From assembly GCF_009914755.1 (NCBI RefSeq), contig NC_060929.1: a stretch of DNA of 64,000 nucleotides, one strand, 5' to 3'. Each line of letters begins with the position of its first letter. Within the stretch, counting starts at the first letter, position 1. The DNA is from the human T2T-CHM13v2.0 reference genome, Homo sapiens. Under the pieces are notes generated by a model, which made no database searches, had not been told where the DNA came from, and saw nothing but the letters and a program-made list of their open reading frames with translations. Below, piece after piece: positions 44,834-59,121 of the stretch. The position numbers and the translations under genes were made by a program.

Positions 44834-44954
44834 TCAAGCTACTTATAACAAACAAAATTGAGAATGAAGGTAAATTAAAAATAATTTATAGTCTTTAAAA
44901 AGCAGGAACTACAAAATTTACATTTCTGAAAATGGCAGAAAAATCCCACATGGC

Positions 44955-46022
44955 TGTATATGTATGTGTGAGATTGTGTATGAATGAGCGCATGCATATA
45001 TTTTTGTGTGTTTGGATTATATGTGTGACGGTGTGCATGAGTGTGTATATGATTTGGGGGTATGTGTGAGTGTGTATGACTGTGTGTATGAGTGTGTATG
45101 ATTTGTGTGTGTGAGTGTGTACATGTATACACTAGTGTGCGTATGATTTGGGGGTATGAATGTGAATGTGTACATATGTATTTATGATCTGAGTGTGTAT
45201 GAGTGTGAATGTGAACATGTGTGTGTGAGTGGGTATATGATTTGGGTGTGTGCAAGTATGAATATGTATTGTGTGCATTAATGTGTATATTTTGGGCTGT
45301 GTATGAGTGAATGTGAACATGTGTGCACGAGTGTATATATGATCTGGGTGTGTATGAGTGAGCATGAGTGAACATGTGTGCATGAATGTGAGTATGATTT
45401 GGGTGTGTATGAGTGTGAATGTGTGCACGAGTGTATATATGATCTGGGTGTGTATGAGTGAGCATGAATGTGAACATGTGTGCATGAATGTGAACATGTG
45501 TGCATGAATATATGATTTGGGTGTGTATGAGTGTGAATGTGTGCACGAGTGTACAATCGGTGTGTATGAGTGAGCATGAATGTGAACATGTGTGCACGAG
45601 TGTATATATGATCTGGGTGTGTAGGAGTGAGCATGAATGTGTATGCACAAGTGTGTGTATGTGTGTATGATCTGGGTGTGTAGGAGTGTGAATACGAACA
45701 CGTATGCACAAGTATGTATATGATCTGTGTATGTATGAGTGAGTGTGAATGTGTGCATAAGTGTGTGTATGATCTGGGTATGAGTGATTGTGAATGTGAG
45801 CATGTGTGCACGAGTGTGTATATGATCTGGGTGTGTGGGAGTGAGCATGAATGTGTATGCACAAGTGTGTGTATGTGTGTATGATCTGGGTGTGTAGGAG
45901 TGTGAATATGAACACGTGTGCACAAATGTGTATATGATCCGAGTATGTAGGAGTGAGTGTGAATGTGAACATGTTTGCACGTGTGTATATGATATGGGTG
46001 CATGTGTGGGTGTGTTTGTGCA
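44955..46022. repeat. TG-rich low-complexity / complex minisatellite (~1.07 kb)
   Basis: Recurring tatgatctgggtgtgt, gagtgagcatgaatgtg and gaacatgtgtgcacgag modules. Confidence 0.9.
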
Positions 46023-46393
46023 GGTGCACTGGGAGCTTTCAGCATTGAGTCTGTGTGGCATCCAGGCTTTTCTGGATGATGTAGAATCAAACCCCATAAT
46101 TAATTCCAGTAACTTAGAAATTTTCACTTATGAATACTAAATTCTCCTCACCTAGCAACTGACTGAGCAGGTTGAACAGCACCCTTCGCCGTTCTCCTGC
46201 AGAACCCCGTGGAAGGGCCCTGCTTTCTCAGAGTGCTCCTAGCGGTGATGAGGGAGCCCAGCTCATTGCGGTTCGTGCAGAAGGCTGTGTGCCATCTCCG
46301 GGACTGCACGGAGAGGCGGAGGCTCAGGCGTGGGATCTGAGCTCAGTGGGCCCTTTAAGGACCGCTGCCTCCTTTCCTCCCTTTGGCATTCAG

Positions 46394-46700
46394 CATCGAC
46401 TTACGATGGCTCCCAGTCACAGTCCTTGTCACTGCCTGGCATTACACAGGGCCACAGTCCCTTAACTGAAACACTTGGGACCAGTTGCATTTTGGAATTT
46501 GGAATGTTTCTTGATTTCAGAGAGAGAAGAGGGGATGGACTGTTGGGCAGCCCTGATTAACCCTGCAGCGTCTTGGCTCTAGAGGGGCCTACACGGCTGG
46601 GAGCGTCTCGGCTCTAGAGAGGGGCCTGCACTGCCGGGAGCATCTCAGCTCTAGAGAGGGGCCTGCACTGCTGGGAAGCCTACACGGCTGGGAGCGTCTC
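46394..46700 (+). ncRNA. Candidate lncRNA exon (3' boundary uncertain)
   Basis: Polypyrimidine acceptor cctcctttcctccctttggcattcag| at 46393. Confidence 0.4.
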
Positions 46701-46712
46701 GGCTCTAGAGCC
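46566..46712. repeat. Short imperfect tandem repeat, ~34-bp unit, ~4 copies
   Basis: gctctagag and ggggcct(g/a)cac...gggagc recur. Confidence 0.8.
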
Positions 46713-46976
46713 ACAGCTGATGCATGGCAACGATGAGCTCTCCTGCTTAGTGCTGATGTGCCTCAGCCCCTAACCCCACTGGTGTCCAGATGAGGAACTT
46801 GAGGCTCAGAGAAGCTAGGTCAAGGTGAACACCAGTGTTGAGTTTCAGCCCCAGGTCTACCTGATGCTGCCTCCACATTGACTGAGTTGGCCTGGTCCAT
46901 TGTGAGGTCAGGTAGAGCCAGGGCCGAGGTGGGGATGCCAAGGTCCCATGCCGCAAAGATGGGTGGGACGGCACAG

Positions 46977-47444
46977 GAGCCAGTCATCATCCCCAAAGAC
47001 ACAGCTCCGAATACCTCATCCTGAAATCCCAAAGATCAAAATCCCAAAAGTATAAATCTGGAAAAAATAATGTCGATGTTATTTATTTACATTTTTAAAA
47101 GGTATGTATTTGAGAAACATAAAAACACAACAGAACATTTCATAGGCCACTTTACACAATAAAATAGGCAATGATAACAGGTATTTTTGCATAAACACTG
47201 AGGTAACTAACGACGGCGGCATGGGTGTAGCAGTTATAAGAAGACAGACCATAAAGAAATAAGTCAAAAGAGAAACGTGTACACGTATATCGCTACGGTT
47301 ACTAATTGTGTGCACCTAGCCCTGTAGCTGTGGTCATCTGAAATATCAGGGATTTTAGACTTGAGGGATTTTGATCTTTAGGGATTTCAACATTCCACAT
47401 TATGGTGCTTGGGATTGTGTCTTTCAGGATTATGATCCAAACTC
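46977..47444. mobile_element. DNA transposon remnant with terminal inverted repeats (Ricksha/MULE-like)
   Basis: Left tcatcatccccaaagacaca...atcccaaagatcaaaatccc mirrors right gggattttgatctttagggat...tgtgtctttcaggattatga. Confidence 0.6.
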
Positions 47445-49977
47445 AGCTGGGCCTCCCCTCCCTGCCCCAGGATTGTGGAGTGAGAACGTTGCAGCAGGAG
47501 AGAACAACGCAGCAAAGCACAGCAGGGGAACCGGAAATGCTCACCTTTTGACAGGGTACTTTTAGTTCTGGGGCCTTATCTTAAGGATATTCCAACATAT
47601 ACAAAAAGATTCATGCACAGAGATATTTACTTTAGTATTATTTACCATAGGAAAAAAGTTGGAAACAATACATTTTATGTTCTGTAAAATGAAAGAACAG
47701 TTAAATAAATCATGGCTCTAAGACGACTCCAGGGCTGTGTACGGAAGTTCAGGGACAGAATCAGTTGAGGCTGTTCCACCTGAGCCTAAGGTTCCTCTGC
47801 TGTATGTCGGGAATCAGGTGGGGGCCAAGCGAGATCACCACAGTGCAGGCCAGTGTGCAGGGCACAGGTGGGCGCCAGGGAGGGGACGCCGCACAGCCCC
47901 ATGCTCTCGCCAAAAACGTGCAGCACAATTTGGAAGAAAACGTTTCCATCTGTTAATAAAGAGCAACGGCCTCTGGTCATAAGTGACACATGACCCTTTG
48001 CCTGAGTCTTTTTAAATTTTTCCATATGTTCCATATTTTCTACACCAAATGTAAGCTACTTTCATAATCACAAAAACTTAATGGAAAGAGGAGGAGGAGG
48101 ACGGGGGTGGGGAGTAGTAGCCATGGGTTCGAGCCCTTCCTCTCCGCATGACTTGGATAACACGGTATATTCACACAGCTATTTCCCCATCTATGAACTT
48201 CTGAGGTGCTTTTATTAGTTGATGTCTGGGACCCCTAGGAGCTCTCTTTATACCTCATGATATCAAATGCCCACCTTTCCAGCTCCTCTTGGCCTCCTGC
48301 CCTTCCTGGAGGGAGATGCGCTCCCTGGAGCTGCTGACTAGGTGGAAGCAGACTGGCTCCTTCAGTGGGTAGGCCAGCCTGCCTGTCTCCCTAGCCCAGT
48401 CCCACCGTGCTGGCCTCAGTGGTGGAGGCAGGCATGGAGCCTTGGAGGAACCACTCCTCCCCAGCCGCCACCAACATTTGTGGCACCGAGAAGCACCCGT
48501 GCTATTCCGGACAGGGATGGGGTTGGACACCCATGCATAGGGGACCCTACACTCCTAGGCTTGGCTCTGGGCTAAACAGCAGGTGTGGATTTGGGCCTAG
48601 GCCTCGGAGAAGCCATCAGCTAGGGCAGAATTCCCATGTGGGCAGGATGTTATTTAGGAATTCCAGGGCTTTCTGTATTCCAGATTTCCTGTATTGTGCA
48701 TATGTGCGTGCATGTATGTGCCCTCAGCCATGATGTAAAGTGTTTTTCTGGCTGGGGTTGCATCACAGAGTTTGGAAGCCACTGCTCTGCAGATTCTGAG
48801 GACCACCTCCCTTATTTCTCACCAAATTCCCATTTCTTCTGTTTTTGTTCCACCCAATGCAAAAAGCATACTGCCTTCTCTTCTGCATTGGTGGGCAGCG
48901 GGTCCTGCAGCTCAGGTTTCTCCAGCCAGGGCCCTGAACGTGAGCCTGGTGGCGTGGGCAGGGGGCTGACTCCATGTGGGCCAAAGGCAACCTATCCAGC
49001 TCTTCAGAATGGCTTTTCTCTCCTCCCTATAAAACATATTTTCTCTCCTCCCTATAAAGCCTATTTTTGTATTAGGGTGTTTGTTAAAATGAAAACATGA
49101 GATCATTGATGCATAACGAGAAGCCGTGTCATTACTTCCCAGGCCCTGTGCAAGGTGCAAATTGGCGTGTTAGTGGCTGTTTGCATCTTTTCAGTTCCTT
49201 TCGTCTTTTCTCCTTATCCTGCCCTTTATATGGTTTCTGCTTTAAGTCAAACATTGTGAGTGGATTGATGGACATATGTGTGTGTGAGCGTGTGTGCACA
49301 GATGCATGAGAACTGCAGAGAGAGATGGGAGGTAACCAGGGGGATCACTGTTCTCTTCTTCCCAAACATTAGCGTTAGGCTGTTCCGCTTCTGTTCTTGA
49401 GAGGGCACCCACATTACTGCTTGGGAGCCTGGAAATGGCCCCACTGAAGCAGCTCTGAGGCCCTGGACACCCTTTTCCTGGTTGTGGCCAGCTGAGTTGT
49501 TCATGGTCCTCCCCGTGGGATGTGCTTGGAGCATCTGCTGGTAGCAGAGCCTCAGTTCCTCTCCTGCGTTCTTTCGCTACAGGTGTTAGACCTGCTGCCC
49601 ACCTGTGACCTGTTTACTGCCAGGGATAGACCTGTGGCCAGTGTGGAAAGCGAGATGCTTTGTCCATACAGCCTGCGGGGCTCAGCCTTCCCGGGGTTGC
49701 CCACAGCTAGGCTGGGCCAGGACCCCCAAGCCTGGGAACTTACACCTTTCTCACCTGCTTTCCTAAAGGTGGTTTTCCTTTGTGATCTCTCTCCCTGAAC
49801 GGCTAAACCACACTCTGAATAGAAAACTGTCTTGAAAACTGCTTTGCACGTACATCTGATAAGGTCCTCTGGAGGGCGACCTCCACTGTCTAGTGGGCGA
49901 GGATTGTTTAGCCGCCTTGGCTGAGTCACCGAGCTGCCAAGGGCAGACTGTACCCTGGGCTCACCAGCATGCAAAGA

Positions 49978-50132
49978 TATTTTATTCATTTATTTATTCC
50001 ATAAATATATATTTATATTATTTATATTTAGAGCCAGTGTATCTCTCTGTCGCTCAGGCTGGAGTGCAGTGGCACTATCTCACTGCAGCCTCAAGCTCCC
50101 GGGCTCAAGGAATCCTCCTACTTTGTCCTCCC
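49978..50132 (-). mobile_element. Alu monomer fragment
   Basis: AT-rich tail then ctgtcgctcaggctggagtgcagtgg. Confidence 0.8.
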
Positions 50133-50831
50133 AAACAAAAATATTTTTAAGGAGCCCACTAGGAGAGTGCTGAGTTTAAAATCTAAGTTCTTGTTTCTTT
50201 TTTCTTTTTCACTGATGCATAATAGATGTACATAGTTTCAGGGTACATGTGATAGTTTAATGCATTCATATAATTGTGAAAATCAAATCAGCCTACTTGG
50301 AATATCTATCGCCTTAAATATTTGTTTTTGCTTTATGCTAGAACCGTTCCGATTCTTCTCTTCTAGCCATTTTGAAATATACAGTAGGCAATTGCCAACT
50401 ATGATCTATGTAACACTAGGTCTTATTCCTTCTATCAAACCACGTATTTGTACCCTTCAATCAACTTCTCTTTCTCCCCCTCTCCCCGCTACATTTCCCC
50501 ACCTCTGGTAACCACGCGTCTACCCTCTGTCTTCACGAGAGCTACTTTTTTAGTAGGTGGGAGAGAACATTCAATGTTTGTCTTTCTGTGCTTGGCTTAT
50601 TTCACTTAACATAATGATCCCTAGTTCCATCTTGTACAAATAACAGGCTGTCGTTCCTCTGTATGGCTGAATAATATTCCACTGTGTATACACACCACGT
50701 TCTGTTTATCCATCATCCGCTGATGAACTCAGAGGCTGATTCCGTATTTTGGCGATTGTGAGTAGTCCCGCAGTAAACATGAGAGTGCAGATGTCTTTAC
50801 GATATATTGATTTTGTTTCTTTTGACTATAG

Positions 50832-51500
<669 letters not shown>

Positions 51501-52322
51501 CCCTTTTGGTTTTTTGAGGAGCCTCCATCTGTTTTCCATAGTGGTTGTACTAATCAACGTTCCCACAACAGTGTGTGAGGGTCCCCCTTTCTCCACATCC
51601 TCGCCAGCATCCCTTATTCCCTGCGTTTTTGACGAAAGCCATTTTAACTGAGGTGAGAGAAGACCTCATTGCAGTTTTTTATTTGCGTTTCTCTGATGAT
51701 TAGTGATGTTGAGCATTTTTTCATGTACCTGCTGGCCATTTGTACATCTTCTTTTGAGAAATGTCTACTCAGGTCTCTTGCCCATTTTAAAATTCGATTA
51801 ATTGTTTGCTATTGTTTGAGCTCCTGGTTATGAATCCCTTTTCAGGTGGGTAGCTTGCAAGTATTTTCTCCCATTCTGTGGGTTGTCTCTTCAGTTTGTT
51901 GACTTTTTCCTTTGGTCTGCAGAGGGTTCTTAGCTTGGTGTGATTTCACTTGTCTGTTTTTGCTTTGGTTGCCTGTGCTTTTGGGGCCCTACTGAAAAAG
52001 TCTTTGCTGAGAACAATGTCCTGGAGCACTTCCCTAATGTTTTCTTCCAGTAGTTTTATACTTTCAGGTCTCAGTTTTACCTTTAATCCATTCTGATTTG
52101 ATTTCTGTGTATGGTAAGAGAGACGGGTCTAGTTTCATTCTTCTGCATATCTTTATCTAGTTTCCCCTGCACCACTTATGGAAGAGACCGTCCTTTCGCT
52201 CGTATGTTGTTGGTGCCTTTGCTGAAGATGAGCTGGCTGTAAATGTGTGGATTTATATCTGGGTTCTCTATTCTGTTCCACTGGTCTATGTGTCTGTTTT
52301 ACGTGATTACCAGGCTGATTAC

Positions 52323-52623
52323 CAGGCTGATAGGTTGGCTCATGCCTGTAATCCCAGTACCTTTGGAGGCCCAGGTGGGAGGATCACTTGAAGCCAGGAC
52401 TTCAAAACCAGCCTGGGCAACAAAGCAGGACCCCATCTCTACAATGTTTTAAAAAATTATTTGGTGCAGTGGCATACACCTGTAGTCCCAACTACGCAGG
52501 AGGCTGAGGTGGGAGGATCCTTTGAGCCTAGGAGTTTGAGGCTGCTCTGAGCTGTGATTGTGCTACTGCACTCCAGCCTGGTTGACAGAGCAAGGCCCTG
52601 TCTCTTAAAAAAAAAAAAAAAAA
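52323..52623 (+). mobile_element. Alu (AluJ-like)
   Basis: Diverged dimeric Alu with poly-A. Confidence 0.9.
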
Positions 52624-54258
52624 CTATTGCAAGAGGAGAGAGAGAGACTGAATTCAACTCTCAATACAACAGAGACAAGTGGGGATAGCCAATGAGCAGG
52701 GTGAGGGAGGTGATGAAAAGTTGTTGAAAGGAGCTTGGTTAGTTAGCAAGGGTGGGGAAGATTCTCACTAAGGACCTTAGCAGCATTCCTTGCTAGCACT
52801 GAGCTCAGCAGGCCAAGGATGAGGCTTCATCAAGGAGAAGGCTCAAAGGAGCCTGAGTGGAGTTTGGTCAAGGAGAGCGTCTTTGTCATCCTTGCAATGA
52901 CTCATTTTATAGGTAATTAAGTAGGGGGTTCAGACAGGTCAAAGACTTACCAAAAAGAGGAAATTGTGTCCATGTGGCTGGTGGCTCACCCCAGGAACTG
53001 ACAGTGGCTTACTCTCAGAAACTCAGAGTGTGCATGTCTCTTTGAATCCGTATCTGTGTGTGGGTGGGTGTGTCTGTCTGTGTGCGTGCCTCAGTCTCTT
53101 CTGAATTTCTCTCCCAATCCCCGTCTCTCTTTCCTCGGGTTGGTGTTTCCCTCCTGCTGGCCTCTGGCCAGCTATTTCTGGAAGTGTCAGCTGCTCTGTC
53201 TTCCTGCCCCTGTCTCCACCATCACGTCTGTGTCTGACTCCCTTTCTTTCCCATACAAAACCCCTAATGCAAGTCCTACTGTTTCTGTAACTGGCCACTG
53301 CCTATAACAAATCTTTGCTTAGGTTGTGTTTCTTTGTAGAATAGACTGATGTACTGTGTGCTTGATTTTTACAAGATGAGCACAATACCTTATCTTTCTT
53401 CTTTATTAAAAAAAAGGAAAAATCCAAACACAAGATTAATATCTCGTCATGGACTGTGCCCCGCTCGAGCCTCTCCACATGCAGCAGGAAGGAAAGTGGA
53501 GGGAGCTGCTCCTTTCCGTAGCCGGGGTGCCCACCCCAACCAGGCTGCCTCTGCCACCCAAGACAGAGGTTCTCTGATAATAATTTGTGGGGCTTGTTTC
53601 CAGAGACCACACCTGAAGCTGCCAACTCCCCGGAGGGAAGGTCCTGATTAATGGCCGATGAATTTCTCCTTAAGGCCCTGAAACTGCCTACTCAGAACCA
53701 AGCCAGTTTTTCCTGCCTGTCCTGTTTGGGCAGGCAGAGGAGGCAGCTAGAAACCCATTATGCAGGGGATGGGGGTAAGTGGAGGAGGGAGGGGTCGGGG
53801 GAGGAGTGGGGAGGAGGAGGAGGGAAACAGGAAACCCCAGGCTTTGGCTATGATGGGGTCAGCCTTTCTACACCATTCCGGGATGCTGGTGTCCACCACT
53901 GCTGCCTGGGCACGGGGAACAGAGAATCTGCCTGGTGGGAGCAGACAAGAGGTTCGAGGACCAGAGCTCATCCTCTTCGGTGTGTGCCTGGGAGGAGGTG
54001 TAGGTGCAGCCAGTGGGGTATGATTAAAAAGAAGGGACGCGAGTTTAGGGGACAGCCGCCCACGTGCACCAGCTCTCCGTGTGCCAAAATCTTGCCTGTC
54101 AGGGACCAGGATCCCACTTCACAGTTAGCAAATAGCAGCTCAGGGACATTAAGCAACTCGCCCAGCATCCCACCAGCAGACAGTCTCGCCTTCAGGGTCG
54201 TCTGTGTCTGTTAAAGTCGAGTCTAGTTTCGGGTCTCAGAGCACCTCCCTAAAGCTGC

Positions 54259-55552
54259 CGTAAACCAAGAATAAAATTCTAAGCCCCACAGCCGATCGCG
54301 TGGACCCCGCCTCTGGGCCAAAGGGATTCCAGAGAAACCTGAAGAACTAGTTCAGGCCGTGATGAGGAGGAGTGGGGGCTGGACAGGCCTCATTGTACCC
54401 TCCTCCCTTTGGAATTTGGGCAGAACTGACCAGAACCAACATTAAAACAGAGATCTGAAGACTGACAAGGCTCTCTAGCAATAAGATACCAAATTCCAAC
54501 CTGATTCCAGTGCAGCATCACATGACAGACAGAGGCCATGAAATCAATATTTTACCTCAAAATATATTTCTTTGACATACTTTGAAATGGCCCTGCCAAG
54601 CTGTCTCTTGTGGGGGACATTTACATTCTGTAGAGAATCCCTTCCCTTTCCAGGTCTTTCTCTGATCCTGAAGACATTGGCTGAGAGCCTAGCACCTTCT
54701 ATGGGTCTGAACAGGAAACATTTGCCATCTATTGTCTCTAAGGGTGGCCACCTATGAAACTTCATCTACATAATAAGAACCTTGGTCTGCACAGTCTCTT
54801 ATCTTAACCCAGACTCTCCTTTCTATTGATAGCAGGTCTGTAGATAATAATTCTTTCAACCAATTGAGAATCAGAAAATCTTTGAATCTATCTATGACCT
54901 GTAAACCCCATTACTTTGAATTTTCCTCCTTCCAGACCAAACCAATGCACAACTCCTACGTACTGATGGTGGTCTTACGTTTCCCTAAGTTTCTGCCGAC
55001 TAAACTGTGCACACGTTCTCAGGACCTCCTGAAGCTGCGTCACAGGTGCTGATCAAAGAACACAACCAAGGTGAGTGTCAATCATTTCAAGAAATCTGTT
55101 TGCAAGGTTAAGGACACACCTGAGAAAAGAACAGAGAACCACAGGAAAAACTGTGGTCCGTGCTTTTCCCAAAGATTGTCTGGGGACCTCAGTAAGTAAA
55201 GGGGAGAAGTGTGGGTGTTGGGGAAAGGGGAAGAAGTGGAAAAAATGGGTGTGGGTAAATCAGAGGCAAATGGTTGCATTCTTCTGTCTTTGGTCAGCGT
55301 TCACTGAATACACATTTTACATGTGATGGAGGTAGAGGCAGGGATGTAGCTTTTTTATCTTTGTGTAATAGCTATCTTATTTAGGAACCAGATGGGAAGC
55401 AGGTTTGCATAAGCCAGTTCCCAGCTTGGCTTTTCCCTTTGGCTTAGTGAGTCTGGGGTCCCAGGATTTATTTTCCGTTCTCACAGGTTGTGGTCCTCAC
55501 ATTTGGCTCAAAATATTCAAAATTTTTTCCAGAGTTTGGCCTTTTCTTCAGC
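54259..55552 (+). mobile_element. ERV1 solo LTR (MER4 group) containing a nested antisense LTR
   Basis: gtaaaccaagaataaaattctaagcccc start; body is the reverse complement of the 22932 LTR; 3' part resumes at ~55486. Confidence 0.75.
55047..55485 (-). mobile_element. MER4A/C-like LTR nested in opposite orientation
   Basis: Ends cagttcccagcttggcttttccctttggcttagtgag...gatttattttcc...tcaca, matching the end of the 59662 element. Confidence 0.7.
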
Positions 55553-55942
55553 ACTGGGAATTGTGATCCAAAGCTTTTCCTGATGAGGCACAAAGTTGGA
55601 GAAACAAAACGCAAACTAAGCAACAATGAAACAGAACAGAGTGAATCTGCTGTAGCTCAAGAGAGGACGTAGCTGCCCCCACCCCGCATCCCTGGGCTCG
55701 GGTTTGCCTTGCTGACCTCTGCTGCCACCTGGTGCCGCACAGAGAAACTGAGGAGAAACCACATCAGTCTCCTTCAGCCTCAGCTTCACATCTGTGGGTC
55801 AAGCAACCCTTTCAGAAGCTGTATAATGTGGGAAAGCTTTCCTCTCAGGAAAATGCACACATCCAACTTTGAGAAGATGCCCTTGGGGGTGCTTCAAGGA
55901 TCCTAGATAATAACCCCCTTTCCCGAACATCCAAGAACCTAA

Positions 55943-56237
<295 letters not shown>

Positions 56238-56579
56238 TCCAAGAACCCAACTTTTAGATCTAGAGTGATGTCAGCATGACATTGATTTCCTGAGGCCCAG
56301 GGGTGAAGGAGCTGAGGACAGCAGAGGGGTGAAGGAAGTCAGCTACAGACAGCAGCAGCTGATGCACAGGCCTCCCAGCGCCTGAAGTCACCCGGAATTG
56401 GGAAGTGCTCAGAAGCTTACAAAGCTGCCTCGAGGTGGGAACACAACATTAATCCAAGAGTAGATCCCTGATCCTATAAAAATGTACTAGATGCAGTGGG
56501 GGCATTTTAAATGAGCAGGGCAGGACAGACAGATAAACAGAAGGACAAACAGTATTGGGATTGGGATAAATGCTCAGCT

Positions 56580-57080
56580 TTTGCCCAAATCTTAGTGACT
56601 TAAGCATCACTTATTTGCTCACGATTCTGTGGCTGGACCATTTGGTTTGGCTCACAGGGCAGGGACTGTGCTGGTCTTACCTGAGCAGACCTGCATGTCT
56701 GCGGTCAACTGGGTTGGCAGAGACAGAGTGACTGTCTTCCTCCAGGAAGCAGCAGGTTAACTGGTTGGCAGAGACAGAGGGACTGAGGGACTGTCTCCCT
56801 CCAGGAAGCAGCAGGTTAACTGGTTGGCAGAGACAGAGGGACAGAGGGACTGTCTTCCTCCAGGAAGCAGCAGGTTGGCTCTGGTTCCTTCGTGGGGCAG
56901 CTGGTCTCCAGGGCAGCAAGAGAGACCAAGCCCCCGTGCACATTCTACAGCCTCTGTGCACATCAGACTTGTTAATATCCCATTGGCCAGTGCAAGTCAC
57001 ACGGCCAAGCCCAGATTAAGGAGTGGAAAGATGGACGCTATCTCCTCCTGGGAGAGGAGGCAAAGGAGGTGAGAGCATTA
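56580..57080. mobile_element. Old MaLR LTR (MLT1-like) with internal ~50-60 bp triplication at 56703-56878
   Basis: cccaaatcttagtgacttaag...ttatttgctcacgattctgt and cattggccagtgcaagtcacacggcc motifs; ggttggcagagacagag...ctccaggaagcagcagg x3. Confidence 0.65.
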
Positions 57081-58796
57081 TGTGGCCACTTATGTTTGCA
57101 ATCTACCATACTTAGCCCTTTGAGAAAAGAATTAACTGAGAAACTTGCTTCAAATAGGGCATTCAGTAAAATGAAGCCCCAATTGAAGTAAAATGCATAT
57201 ATAAAAAATGAAACTGTGACCGATTTTAAGGACAGTATTGGCAAATATTTCTGTGCTCTTGGAGGAGAAGACCCTTATTGGCATGACGTGTCAGAAACCA
57301 CAATGAAAGAATTATTTTAACTTGCATTCATAAAAATTAAAATTATTCATTAAAAACATCGTGAATGAAATTAAAAGTCAAAATGTAAGCCAGAAAATTA
57401 TTTACAACATATGTGTCAGGAAAAGACAATACCCTTCAGACTTTGAGAGTTTACATCAGAAAGAAAATAGCAAATGACATGATCCAAACTTGATAAAGGA
57501 CATGAAAAAGAGCCAGCACTTAGTATGTTTTCTGAATGAATAAGTAGCCAACAGCACATGAAAATGTGTGTAATCCACTTGTAAGCAGAGAAATGCAAAT
57601 TAAAACAGTAAAGTGTCATTTTCACTTCCTGGATTGGCAAAGGGTTTTATGTATTTTACTGACAGTGCTCAACATTAGCAGTAAACAACAAATGGTGAGT
57701 AAATACGAGCTTCGGAACCTCAGGGAAATGATCTCCTTATTTCAACCTGTAGATTCCTTCCTACAACCAGTGTAGAGCAGAGTACCAGGACGGGCCATTG
57801 AGCACCCTGGTGTTGAGAGCAAGTGGCCTCTAGTCAGAGTTGGGTCAGGGTCACTGTGAGTGGGCTGCCCCCAACATGAGTCAGCTGTCTAGGACTAGTT
57901 TATCTCTGCTTCTCACTTTACTGGTATTATGGGGCAGCTCCTGCTGTCTTCCAATTTGGTGTCTTCCAAATCGGCACCGTCTTTTAAAGTTGAGTTTCTT
58001 GTTATTCTCACCTGATATACCTTATTTATCCCACACCCACCCCAATAACATATCGTGCTCAGTGTTATCTTTGAGACAACACTTGAATTTTACTCAGCCT
58101 GGCGTGCTCTTCACATGTCTTGTCTAGATCCAGTTCGGACTCATTCTTCAGCCGTGCATCAGTAAATGGGGGCTAGGTTAAACTGTGGTGACAAACAACC
58201 TCCAAATTTCAGTGGCTCAAAAATCTTCTTCCTCATTTATTTACATTTCATCATGGGTCAGGTGAGAGGTAGCTCTGTGCTGTGTCATCCTAACACAGGA
58301 ATCCAGACGGAAGGAGGGACAATCAGTAAGATCCCCATTGCTATAGAAAAGAGAAAAAAGTATGCGGAATAGAACTCTGTTTCTTGGAGATTTCTCCTGA
58401 AAAAGTCACATGTTATTTCTTCTCACCTCCATTGGCAAAAAAAAAGTCACGTGGCCATGTGAAAATGTAAGTAGGCGGGATGGAACAGTCAGAATGCATT
58501 CATAAAATATGAACTGAAAATATCTGGAGAACAGCACCTATGACTACCACGAATGCCAACATGCATCCCTAACAACCCAGTGCTGTCACCCTCCAAACTT
58601 TTTATGTCTTGCAAAGTATTAGAACTTCTTATCTGAAGCCATACCACTCAGAGGGAATGCAAAATACATATTGACATCTCCTTTAGGATGTCCTTAGAGA
58701 ATTCAAGGAAAAGAAGTTAAATAATTTAAAAGTGCTTTTGGGTACAGCTATTTAGCACTAGAGGGTAAGATTAGACATAGATTGTAAAGATAATAA

Positions 58797-58970
58797 TAGG
58801 GTTAGGGATAGGATTAGGATCTGGGTCAGAGTCAGGGCCAGAAGTATGGTTAGAGGTGGGGTCATGGTCAGGGTCGAGATCAAAGTCAGGGTCAGAATTA
58901 GGGACCAGGATAGGGATCAGGATTTAGGTTCAGTGTCAAAGTCTTGGGACAGGGTTAGGGTTAGGATTAG
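58797..58970 (+). repeat. Degenerate interstitial telomere-like repeat (TTAGGG/TCAGGG variants)
   Basis: tagggttagggataggattagg, gtcagggtc, aattaggg, agggttagggttaggattag. Confidence 0.6.
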
Positions 58971-58993
58971 AACCAGAGCTTTGTTCTCCTCAG

Positions 58994-59121
58994 GACCCAC
59001 CCGAGGACGGGTCACCATGGCTTTGGAGCACCTGGTAGTGTGGCATGTCCACAGTGAAGACCAGAGTTTCATTGTCCTTAAGACTGACCTGGGGAGACGT
59101 GGCTGCAGGCCATTGAGGAAG
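58994..59121 (+). ncRNA. Candidate exon (128 nt)
   Basis: ctttgttctcctcag| acceptor and aag|gtgagg donor. Confidence 0.4.

Noticed and set aside
44875-46127. His/Thr-rich ORFs (270-384 aa)
   Set aside because: Translation of CA-rich low-complexity sequence.
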